A stretch of DNA of 64,000 nucleotides from an uncultured Candidatus Saccharibacteria bacterium (GTDB lineage Bacteria; Patescibacteriota; Doudnabacteria; UBA920): NCBI GenBank assembly GCA_964532425.1, contig CAZHIA010000003.1:201748-265747 (forward strand). The letters are read 5' to 3'. The notes below the pieces were generated by a model. It ran no database searches. It had not been told where the DNA came from and saw only the letters and a program-made list of their open reading frames with translations. The position numbers and the translations under genes are program-made. This document shows positions 17,765 to 26,147 of this stretch, one piece after another. How positions within the stretch are numbered: position 1 is the stretch's first letter; each line of letters opens with the position of its first letter.

Positions 17765-19507
17765 TCACTTCTTCTCCACCGGCCTTGTCGGCGCAATATG
17801 GTAATAGCTCAAAATGAATTGCGCTAATTCTCCCCACGCCGGAGCGGCGGTGCTCTCCGCGAAGCTGACATCGCGAGGATGGTCGATGCGCACAAGCATG
17901 ACAAACTGAGGATCGTCTATAGGGCCGTATCCGATAAAGGAACCAATATTGTCATCTGTCACATACCTGCCGTCTTTGGAAACCTGGGCAGTACCAGTCT
18001 TGCCTCCGATATAGTAACCGGACACCCCCGCTTTTTTCCCATGCCCGTTTTCCACCACGCTCACCAGCATCGCAGAAAGAATGTTCGCAGTTTTGGCGCT
18101 TATGACCTGGCCTACAACTTCAGGCTGTGTCGCATAGGTCTTTCCTTCCGGAGTGATGCGTGACTGGACAATATACGGCTTCATCATCTTGCCTTCATTA
18201 GCGAGTGCACCATACGCCTGTAGCATTTGGATTGGCGTGACCATAAACCCCTGACCAAAGCTCGCCGTGTCATAATTGACCGCAATATTGGCGCGTAGGT
18301 TATCCAAATTCCCGGACGTCTCAGCCACCTCGATACCAGTTTTCCGCCCAAACCCAAAACGCTGAATAGCTTTGTAAAATTCAGGGTTGCCGATCTGATT
18401 CTTGGAAAAAATCGCCCCGGTGTTCAAGGACTCCTCTAAGACTTGGGTCATGGTCCGTATGCCGTGAGCTTTGTGGTCCGAGTTCTGGATTTTTGTGCCA
18501 TCCACTTCTTCCACTACGCCAGTATCGTTGTACGTCGTATCCGGAGTGACTTTGCCGGCATCTACGGCTGCAGCCATGGTCACCGACTTGAATGTCGAAC
18601 CCGGTTCATAATTTCCGGTTGTGCATTCGTTATTGAACACTTTGGGATCGGTGGCTTTGTTATATTCATTCGGATCAAAATCCGGGTATCCGGCCATTGC
18701 CAAAATGGCACCGGTCTTCGGATTGGCCACTATAACACACCCGCTGTCAGCTCCGTGAGCAACAACCGAATCTTTCAGAACTTGCTGGGCTTTGAACTGA
18801 ATCGTTTTATCAACGGTCAAAATAAGATTATCCCCATCACGGGCCGGCACAAAGGACCGCTTGGAGCCAAAGATCCAGGCACCGTTCGTATCTTTTTCTT
18901 CTTCGAGCAAACCCGGAGTTCCGGCGAGCTGGGATTCAAAAGCCCGTTCGAGCCCATAGAGGCCAACCTTCTTGCTGTCCTTGTTATAGCCGACAAAACC
19001 CAATACCTGACTGAGCAGATTTTTCTCAGGATAAAAACGGGTATCCTCGGAATCAAAATAAATACCCGGTAAATTCAGGTCTTTGATTTTTTGTTGCTGC
19101 TCATCGGTCAATTGCTTCTTAATGGGAACATATTTCTTTTCCGTGTTCGTGAGTTTAACCAGCACGTCCTTGCTGTCCATGGCAATCACGGGTGAAAGCT
19201 TGGCCGCTGCATCGGCAGGGTTTACGATCTCCTGGGGTACGGCATAAACCAGATAACTCTTAATATCCGTCGCCACGTCGGCAGCATCGCCGGACAGGCG
19301 ATCCACGATTTTAATTTCACCACGGCTGGGAAAAAGCTTTTGGTAAATGCTATGCTGGTCTTCGGCCCGAGCCCGCGCAGCGGCTCCCCTAACAACCTGA
19401 AGATAGAACAGGCGCGAGACAAGTACCGTAAAACATACCAATAAAAAAACCGTAAGGACGGTGGTGCGGTTTGTAAAAACGTCATTGCGAACTTTTCGAC
19501 TTGGCAT
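17765..19507 (-). CDS. ftsI: peptidoglycan D,D-transpeptidase FtsI (class B PBP)
   Basis: N-terminal TM, PBP dimerisation region, transpeptidase STFK-like/SxN/KTG(T) context; downstream of ftsL-rsmH-mraZ. Confidence 0.85.
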   Translation of the reverse strand: MPSRKVRNDVFTNRTTVLTVFLLVCFTVLVSRLFYLQVVRGAAARARAEDQHSIYQKLFPSRGEIKIVDRLSGDAADVATDIKSYLVYAVPQEIVNPADAAAKLSPVIAMDSKDVLVKLTNTEKKYVPIKKQLTDEQQQKIKDLNLPGIYFDSEDTRFYPEKNLLSQVLGFVGYNKDSKKVGLYGLERAFESQLAGTPGLLEEEKDTNGAWIFGSKRSFVPARDGDNLILTVDKTIQFKAQQVLKDSVVAHGADSGCVIVANPKTGAILAMAGYPDFDPNEYNKATDPKVFNNECTTGNYEPGSTFKSVTMAAAVDAGKVTPDTTYNDTGVVEEVDGTKIQNSDHKAHGIRTMTQVLEESLNTGAIFSKNQIGNPEFYKAIQRFGFGRKTGIEVAETSGNLDNLRANIAVNYDTASFGQGFMVTPIQMLQAYGALANEGKMMKPYIVQSRITPEGKTYATQPEVVGQVISAKTANILSAMLVSVVENGHGKKAGVSGYYIGGKTGTAQVSKDGRYVTDDNIGSFIGYGPIDDPQFVMLVRIDHPRDVSFAESTAAPAWGELAQFILSYYHIAPTRPVEKK

Positions 19508-19678
19508 AGAGGTTATAAGTACACCTGCCGAAAAACGGAAAAGAAATAAGGTAGAAATAAAGTTGAGATACAGTGGAAATACAATTGTATTTCTATGGTA
19601 TTTCTACCATATTTCTATTTATTTCTTGTTTAATTGATTAGTATTCCATTTCGACAAAAGGTCATTTTGAACAGTCTC

Positions 19679-20041
19679 CTATCTCCGAGTAAGTTGTGTC
19701 TGTTGCAAATACTGTGTCTGCCCGACCGGTACGAATTTTGCACCGAGGAAATCTCCCTGGATAGAGGCGATAGACGACTGCTCGGCCATCTTCAGACCAA
19801 GCTTCTTGTTTTCTTCGGTTAGCTGGTTGACCCGGGTCTGCAGACGCTTGATTTCATATCCCCTGGATGCATTAATATTGACACCGAGCAGATACGCCAT
19901 CAACACCACCGCATTGGCAACCGTCAATACCAAAACCATCGCTACAATGAGCGGTTGCGGCTTTGCCACCGTGTGAACCTTTACTGAGCGAGCTGGTGTG
20001 GGGGCCGAAAAAAACGTCGGCATGGATAGCGTTTTGAACAT
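19679..20041 (-). CDS. cell-division protein FtsL-like
   Basis: single TM plus coiled-coil LQTRVNQLTEENKKL; position between rsmH and ftsI. Confidence 0.5.
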   Translation of the reverse strand: MFKTLSMPTFFSAPTPARSVKVHTVAKPQPLIVAMVLVLTVANAVVLMAYLLGVNINASRGYEIKRLQTRVNQLTEENKKLGLKMAEQSSIASIQGDFLGAKFVPVGQTQYLQQTQLTRR

Positions 20042-20106
20042 AGCGTGTTGGTGTGTTTCTTTGTTTTCCAGAATTATTTTGTTTCTGGCGGGCTTAAAAT
20101 TTTTAT

Positions 20107-21069
20107 TTATAGTTTGATAATTGCACGCAGCTTGGCAGGCTTGCTTCGCGGGTTTGTAGCGAGCTCATCCGGTGAGGCAGTAACTGGCTTTTTGTCCAGC
20201 AGCCTTGCTTTTGGGTTCTTTCCGCAGATGCACTGGGGAAATTCCGGCGGACAAACACAGCCTTTTGCCAGGCGCTGGAAGAATTGCTTGACAATCCGGT
20301 CCTCGAGCGAGTGAAAACTGACCACTGCCAGCCTGCCGCCCGGGGCAAGAATATCGAACGCCTTAGGCAGAAAGTCCTGCAGGCTGTCCAGCTCCCCGTT
20401 GACCGCGATGCGAACGGCCTGGAATACACGGCGGGCAGAGTCGCCAGCCTTGTGCCGAACCGGCTTTGGTAGTGCCGCTTCAATGATCCGGTATAAGTCG
20501 GTTGTGTATTTAATTTCTGATCCGTCCCCTGGGGAATCACCCTTTCTGGCTTCCGAAATTTTTCTGGCTATCTGGCGGGAGAATTTTTCCTCGCCATATT
20601 CCCAGAAAATAGCTGCCATTTCTTGCTCGGTCCATCCCCCATTCAGGTAGAACCTGGCATCATCTTTCTGACGCTGATCGAATCGCATATCGAGCAGCTC
20701 TTTTTTTTGAAAGCTGATACCACGTTCCGCCTGGTCAAGCTGGTAGCTAGAAAACCCCAGGTCAGCCACTATGCCATTGACGATATTAAAACCGTGTCGT
20801 GTGGTTAACGCATCGATCTCGCGAAAATTGCCATGTGCTATGGTCCAATTCTTAATTTCAAGATCTTGTTTTTGTTTCTCTGCATTTTTGACCGCATCGA
20901 GATCCGCATCAATCGATAAGACGGATCCGGTGCTCCCCACTTTCTCCAAAATTGCTTTGCTGTATCCCGCGCCGCCTAGCGTGGCGTCGACGAAACTCTC
21001 ACCGGTACAGGGACCAAGATGCGAAATAACTTCTCCCAAAAGGACAGGTACATGGTGGTAATCGGTCAT
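20107..21069 (-). CDS. rsmH: 16S rRNA (cytosine1402-N4)-methyltransferase RsmH
   Basis: HVPVLL, DATLGGAGYS, KGFSF motifs. Confidence 0.9.
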   Translation of the reverse strand: MTDYHHVPVLLGEVISHLGPCTGESFVDATLGGAGYSKAILEKVGSTGSVLSIDADLDAVKNAEKQKQDLEIKNWTIAHGNFREIDALTTRHGFNIVNGIVADLGFSSYQLDQAERGISFQKKELLDMRFDQRQKDDARFYLNGGWTEQEMAAIFWEYGEEKFSRQIARKISEARKGDSPGDGSEIKYTTDLYRIIEAALPKPVRHKAGDSARRVFQAVRIAVNGELDSLQDFLPKAFDILAPGGRLAVVSFHSLEDRIVKQFFQRLAKGCVCPPEFPQCICGKNPKARLLDKKPVTASPDELATNPRSKPAKLRAIIKL

Positions 21070-21090
21070 GAATTAATGGTTTTCGGTATA

Positions 21091-21188
21091 CAATTCCCAA
21101 TTTCCAATATCCAATTCCCAATGGCTGGATTTTGTTGGGAAACCTGCCTGCCGGCAGGCAGGTTAGAAATTGGGTATTAGAAATTAAT
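21091..21188. repeat. MITE-like element: CCAATTTCCAAT-type arms around GC palindrome CCTGCCTGCCGGCAGGCAGG
   Basis: between rsmH and mraZ; related copy at 36848-36948. Confidence 0.55.
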
Positions 21189-21190
21189 TA

Positions 21191-21619
21191 TTACACCCCC
21201 AGCGTTCCCAGCTGCTCCGCGATATTATTGCTTTCCTTCTCGGTCTGCAACTTGTACGTATTCCAGAGTTCCTCGCTCCAAATTTCAACACGGTTGAACA
21301 AGCCGGCGAACACAATCTTCTTGTTGATTTTGGCGAAGTCCTTCAAGTAAGCAGGCAGGTTAATTCTCCCCTGCTTATCTATCTCGCAGTCCATTGCCCC
21401 GGCCAGCATCAGACGGGAAAAAGCTCTGGTGTTGGCCGTGGAAATGGGCAGGCTGGCCAGCTTTTCCGCCAGCTTCTTCCACTCGTCCATGGTATACAAA
21501 AACAGCGAATTATCGAGCCCACGGGTCACTACGACTTTAGCCTTCAGTTGGGTGCGGAATTTCGCTGGTATGGAAATTCTTCCTTTTTCATCGATATTAG
21601 CTTGGTATTCGCCGATGAA
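21191..21619 (-). CDS. mraZ: transcriptional regulator MraZ
   Basis: MFIGEYQANIDEKGRISIPAKFR ... second DxxGRxxIP repeat. Confidence 0.85.
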   Translation of the reverse strand, partial: FIGEYQANIDEKGRISIPAKFRTQLKAKVVVTRGLDNSLFLYTMDEWKKLAEKLASLPISTANTRAFSRLMLAGAMDCEIDKQGRINLPAYLKDFAKINKKIVFAGLFNRVEIWSEELWNTYKLQTEKESNNIAEQLGTLGV

Positions 21620-21882
21620 CATAAGATCGCAGATTAAAATCACAGATTTTTAGACACCACGCAGATAGCACTGATAGGGGCCATAAATCCGAAACACCAT
21701 ACTGACGGAGATGACTGACATTGTAGGTTAACCGAATCTTTGCAGAGCATCTGCATTATCTGCGCAAATCTGCGTATCTGTGATCCTTTTTGGTCTGCGG
21801 ACTTCTGCACCCTGCCTGCTCCAGGTAGAGGGAGACTTCGACCTGGCCCAAACAGGTGGGGTGATGCAGAAGCCCTAAAATA

Positions 21883-22181
21883 GTATCCACAAGGTCCACC
21901 ACTTATCCCCACTTTTTACCACTTTGTACCATTTCAAATTCATTATATACCACCTTTTGACACAGGTCAAAGCCTAAACAAGAACCCTGTATATACCAAA
22001 AAACCGCATATAAATGCGGTATAACTTGAATTACTCCCTGTCTTTAAAAAACTTATCCCCCACTCAAAAAATGATTTTATTTATTGTGGTGGATAAAATC
22101 AAAAAAGTGGATAAATTTGACCACAATACCAAGTCAAAGGCAAATTTTTTTAGCTCATGTCAGCACCTATTTTTATCCACG
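21883..22181. promoter_or_regulatory. cluster of six DnaA-box-like 9-mers (each 8/9 to TTATCCACA) in 670-bp AT-rich noncoding region upstream of mraZ
   Basis: GTATCCACA 21883, TTATCCCCA 21903, TTATCCCCC 22053, GGTGGATAA 22088, AGTGGATAA 22106, TTATCCACG 22173. Confidence 0.4.
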
Positions 22182-22195
22182 TAATGACATGACCT

Positions 22196-22300
22196 ATACA
22201 AATCTACAGATGTATCCGAATCTACAAATACCTACAAATTCCGGTAAGTGGAATTTGTAGGTATTTGTAGATCTGTAGCAAATTTGTAAATTTGCAGCAC
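22196..22300. repeat. repeat element containing 21-bp perfect IR CTACAAATACCTACAAATTCC / GGAATTTGTAGGTATTTGTAG
   Basis: IR arms 22222-22242 and 22250-22270; TCTACAGAT and TTTGTAAATT units shared with 39692-39790. Confidence 0.6.
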
Positions 22301-22312
22301 TCCATCGTACAA

Positions 22313-22807
22313 TCATGCATTACGAAGCCCATACATGGCCACTCCGAATGCTACAGAGACGTTCAGACTCTCTTTTTGGCCGAGCATAGGAATTTCCAAA
22401 AGCACATCACACTGCCGTAACAACGATTTACCGATACCACTCACTTCTTCGCCGAGAATTAATGTTAGAGGAAATGTTGGTTTGAATATATTCAAAGGGC
22501 GCAGGCGGCCAATGGCCGCCCCTACATTATTCTCAAGACCAACAATCTGGATACCGGGATGTTCTTTTTTGAGCTTGGTGATTAGCCTGCCGGCTGATCT
22601 GGAATACTCCCAGGGCACGAAATTTTCGGCTCCCAGGGCTGTTTTTGCGATTTTTGAGGCGTGGACCGGGTTATCGGGCGCACCCGTATATCCGGTCAAA
22701 TACAACCGAGTCACACCAAAGGCATCCGCAGTGCGAAAAATAGAACCGACATTAAGGAGCGAGCGGATGTTATGGGCGATGACAAATATTTCTTCGCTAT
22801 TTTTCAT
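22313..22807 (-). CDS. SpoU/TrmH-family RNA 2'-O-methyltransferase
   Basis: SPOUT motifs GLENNVGAAIGR, LILGEE, NVSVAFGVAMY. Confidence 0.7.
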   Translation of the reverse strand: MKNSEEIFVIAHNIRSLLNVGSIFRTADAFGVTRLYLTGYTGAPDNPVHASKIAKTALGAENFVPWEYSRSAGRLITKLKKEHPGIQIVGLENNVGAAIGRLRPLNIFKPTFPLTLILGEEVSGIGKSLLRQCDVLLEIPMLGQKESLNVSVAFGVAMYGLRNA

Positions 22808-22813
22808 AAAAAA

Positions 22814-22917
22814 GCTACGAAACTACGGAATACACGAATCTACGGAAAACTACAAATTCTCTTCATGAAGATCCGTAGTTTTCCGTAGATTCGGATTCTT
22901 TTCGTAGTTTCGTAGTC
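22814..22917. repeat. ~100-bp imperfect palindrome built of CTACGAAACTACGG / CCGTAGTTTTCGTAG units
   Basis: arms ~40 bp each around TCTTCATGAAGA core. Confidence 0.55.
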
Positions 22918-22930
22918 CGAAATTGGTAGC

Positions 22931-23350
22931 CTAATCAAGTAAGTTGAGCCCGATCTCTTCGCTCTTTTTACGACTCATTTCACCTTCCATCTGGATCAAG
23001 AAAATCTCGCAAGTTGCCTGTACCACGAGTTTGAACACATGGCCCCCAGCAACTGAAAAGTCCGTCCTACCGAACATCCCATGCATATGCACTGCAGGTT
23101 TACCGTCCAGCAACGACACATTGCCGTTTAAGCTGATGATTTCCATATCCTCAAACATCGGCTTGCGCCGATATTCCTTTAAATGGGCATTAAAATACCC
23201 CAATTCCAACTCGCGGCAGCTGCCGATGCCATGGAACGCGGCTGCCTTGCTCCCCTGCTTGGTGGCAAAATCAACTAACCCTTCCACTACATCTTCTCCC
23301 TGGTCAAACCTCAGCACGAATCTCCGGTTATCCTGTACGACGATTTTCAT
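22931..23350 (-). CDS. PPC-domain (DUF296) protein
   Basis: 139 aa; FHGIGSCRELELGYF ... pattern of PPC/DUF296 family. Confidence 0.5.
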   Translation of the reverse strand: MKIVVQDNRRFVLRFDQGEDVVEGLVDFATKQGSKAAAFHGIGSCRELELGYFNAHLKEYRRKPMFEDMEIISLNGNVSLLDGKPAVHMHGMFGRTDFSVAGGHVFKLVVQATCEIFLIQMEGEMSRKKSEEIGLNLLD

Positions 23351-23352
23351 GA

Positions 23353-23736
23353 TTACCCCACGCGCACGGTGCGGCTTAATACATCTTTTACTTTCTGGAC
23401 AATGTCATCGACCGATTGGTCGCTCTTAAGCAGGTAATCAGTCGCCCCTGCCTCCACGATCTTGCTGATCGTCTCAACGTCACCAATGTTCGTTAACACA
23501 ACCACCGGAATAGCTGCGGTGTCGGGGTTGGCTTTCAGTTCCCAGAGGACCGAGATACCGTCAAGTTTCGGCATCATAATATCAAGCAGCATGATATTTG
23601 GTTTGACTTCCTTCGACTTCGCTACCGCCTCCTCGCCGTCATATGCCGGCTCAGCTTCAAATCCGTTCTGTTTGAGCGCGTCGCAGAGCGAAGCTGAGAT
23701 CAGCTTGTCATCTTCAGCGACTAATATTTTTGCCAT
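23353..23736 (-). CDS. single-domain response regulator (CheY-like receiver)
   Basis: MAKILVAEDD ... LLDIMMPKLDG ... receiver motifs; start moved to MAKIL. Confidence 0.8.
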   Translation of the reverse strand: MAKILVAEDDKLISASLCDALKQNGFEAEPAYDGEEAVAKSKEVKPNIMLLDIMMPKLDGISVLWELKANPDTAAIPVVVLTNIGDVETISKIVEAGATDYLLKSDQSVDDIVQKVKDVLSRTVRVG

Positions 23737-23774
23737 ACGAATATACTTTAATTGTATTAACACCATTTTAATAC

Positions 23775-23950
23775 ATCGAATCAACGAATGGAACGAATCT
23801 GCGAATATTCTACGAAGCTACGAATTCGTTGATTCGTAGCCCTTCGTAGATTCGCCTGCCTGCCCCGGCACCATCATATGGTGCTCGGGCCTGCCGGTAG
23901 GCAGGCCTGCCTGCCGGTAGGCAGGTCTTGATTCGTAGATTCGATATATT
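23775..23950. repeat. composite repeat: TTCGTAG/CGAAT palindromic units plus two GCCTGCCGGTAGGCAGGC palindromes and GGCACCATCATATGGTGC hairpin
   Basis: intergenic between histidine kinase and response regulator. Confidence 0.5.
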
Positions 23951-23952
23951 GC

Positions 23953-25626
23953 TTAATTTTGCTTATCCAGCGGCAAGGCAAAATAGAAAGTTGACCCCAG
24001 GTTTTCACCGGCGCTTTCCGCCCAGATCTTCCCGCCGTGCGCATCGATGATACCCTTACTCACGACCAGTCCAAGCCCGGTCCCCTTCCGGCTGTGCTCC
24101 AAAGTCTTCAACTGCTTGAACTTAGAAAATAATACCGGCAAATCTTCACGCGCTATTCCAATTCCGGTGTCTTTGACGGAAACAACCACCGTGTGATCGG
24201 CTTCGCCTACGGCAACATTGAGGTTGATCTGCCCGGAATCGGTGTATTTTATGGAATTGCTCAACAAGTTGCCGATCACCTGGGAAATCCTCACCCGGTC
24301 GAAATTCAGTCGGTATTTGTCCGGACAGGTAACGGTCAACTCCAAATGCTTAGTTTGGGCCTGCGGAGTAAACATCTTCACCTGGTCCTTTACCACCTCA
24401 ACTATATCATAGTTTTGCATATTTAACTCAAATTTACCAGCCTCAATCTTGGCCACATCCAACAGGTCGTTGACCAGTTCAAGCATGTTATTAGAGGCAG
24501 TCTCAATGGTCACCATGGTTTCCTTGACCTTAGCCGGATCGGTTCCCTGCGCCAAAGACAGATTCTTAATAAGGGACTCCGAAGACCAGCGAACCGCGGT
24601 CAACGGGGCCCGTAACTCGTGGACCATCATGGCGGTAAATTCCTGTCGGACCTTCTCCAGCGATTTTTCCGATGTGATGTCATGGAAAACTACGGATGCG
24701 CCAATATTTTCTCCCAGCGAGCTCTTCACCGGGCTGATAACCACTTCCAACGCCTTATCTTTCAACAGTACCTCGGATATAACAATGGGCTTGTCCTCAG
24801 CCAGAGCTTGTTCAATTTTCGTGCGCAGGTCCAATTTTCCGGCAAGGGCATCCACAATATCAAACATAGTCAGTGGCTTATCACCACTGATACCGAGCGT
24901 CTGTTTGACCGCCGGATTGGATACCGTCAGCTGATGGTTTAAATCCACCGTGACCACACCGTCAGCCAGGGAATAAATAATGGCAGCCAACTTGCCCTTT
25001 TCGCTCTCGAGTACGGTCTGCAGTTTGGAAACCGCAGTCGCCGCCTGGTTAGTAATGGTATATAAAATGGCAGCCTGCTTTTCCCCGTACCGCCCTTTCT
25101 CGCGTGATGCAACATTAATGAGCCCGACTAACCGTCCGGAAATTACCACCGGGAGGTTAAAATATGATTCCACATCGGCATTGAGATTGTCATCCAATAT
25201 GTTGCCGGTAATGCTTTCATCAATGTGCTGCGGCTTAGTTTCATCATTCATGATCGCCTGGTAAGAGCCAAGCATCTTGAATTTGATCTTTTCGATGAAC
25301 GCATGATTGACCGTGCTTTCGACATGGCACTTGAACACCAGATTGCCATCCTGCGCAACGAGAATATGCGATACTGTATCGTACCCCAACAAATTCCCAA
25401 GCGAGCTGGTAATAATTTCCACGACTTTGCCGGTGTCGAGGCTATAGCCGATGCGCTCGTTGATCTCTTTTAAGACTTGTGCCTGGTAAACCTTCTGCTG
25501 CAGCTCAAGAGATTGGCTGGCTTCGGCGCGCAAAAACTTCCGCTCGCGGTTCGAGGCATACAAATACGCTCCGACCACGATGGCCAGCATGAGAAAATCT
25601 ATGACGAGCAGGAGGTTGATAATCAT
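23953..25626 (-). CDS. sensor histidine kinase (TM, GAF/PAS-like, HisKA, HATPase)
   Basis: H-box HELRAPLTAV; G-boxes DTGIGI, GTGLGLVVSKGII. Confidence 0.8.
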   Translation of the reverse strand: MIINLLLVIDFLMLAIVVGAYLYASNRERKFLRAEASQSLELQQKVYQAQVLKEINERIGYSLDTGKVVEIITSSLGNLLGYDTVSHILVAQDGNLVFKCHVESTVNHAFIEKIKFKMLGSYQAIMNDETKPQHIDESITGNILDDNLNADVESYFNLPVVISGRLVGLINVASREKGRYGEKQAAILYTITNQAATAVSKLQTVLESEKGKLAAIIYSLADGVVTVDLNHQLTVSNPAVKQTLGISGDKPLTMFDIVDALAGKLDLRTKIEQALAEDKPIVISEVLLKDKALEVVISPVKSSLGENIGASVVFHDITSEKSLEKVRQEFTAMMVHELRAPLTAVRWSSESLIKNLSLAQGTDPAKVKETMVTIETASNNMLELVNDLLDVAKIEAGKFELNMQNYDIVEVVKDQVKMFTPQAQTKHLELTVTCPDKYRLNFDRVRISQVIGNLLSNSIKYTDSGQINLNVAVGEADHTVVVSVKDTGIGIAREDLPVLFSKFKQLKTLEHSRKGTGLGLVVSKGIIDAHGGKIWAESAGENLGSTFYFALPLDKQN

Positions 25627-25671
25627 AACAACAGCGGAGGTTCGCGATGAACCAGCCGAATTAGTTGGGTA

Positions 25672-25938
25672 TTAATCAAGTTTCAATTGGGGATATTTCT
25701 TGACCAGTGCGGCCATGGTAATTCCGAACACGTACTCCGAGAGTGCGCGAAATTCATTCATTACGGCTTTGAAGATCATGACTGGGTCGCCGCCCATAGT
25801 CAAAACCACACCCTCGTCGCTAACCTTGATCCCGGGAACCTTGCGCGCCCTGTCGACGGCGATGTTCGGGCCCAATATAACCATCTGTTTCTGAATCAGT
25901 TCGGTCAAGGCTTTTCTATATTCTTCTTGTTCTGCCAT
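25672..25938 (-). CDS. hypothetical small protein
   Basis: 88-aa ORF upstream of kinase. Confidence 0.4.
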   Translation of the reverse strand: MAEQEEYRKALTELIQKQMVILGPNIAVDRARKVPGIKVSDEGVVLTMGGDPVMIFKAVMNEFRALSEYVFGITMAALVKKYPQLKLD

Positions 25939-26147
25939 GATTTTTATTTCATTGAGAAGCTTTATACAGATTTATTATACCACATTTCCACCATGCTACA
26001 CTATTCCTGTTGAAAACCCTGTTCAGATGTCTCGCGGAAGCACGGATAACACGGACCCCGTGGGAATAAGACGGCCATTCCGCGCCATCTGCGAAACCCG
26101 CATATCCGCGAGATAACTATTCCTGAAGGTAGATATTGTACATCACT

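Noticed and set aside
21640-21912. 90-aa minus-strand ORF at the edge of the DnaA-box region
   Set aside because: Overlaps mraZ start and the AT-rich regulatory region; Gly/Pro/Ser-rich nonsense composition; no SD.
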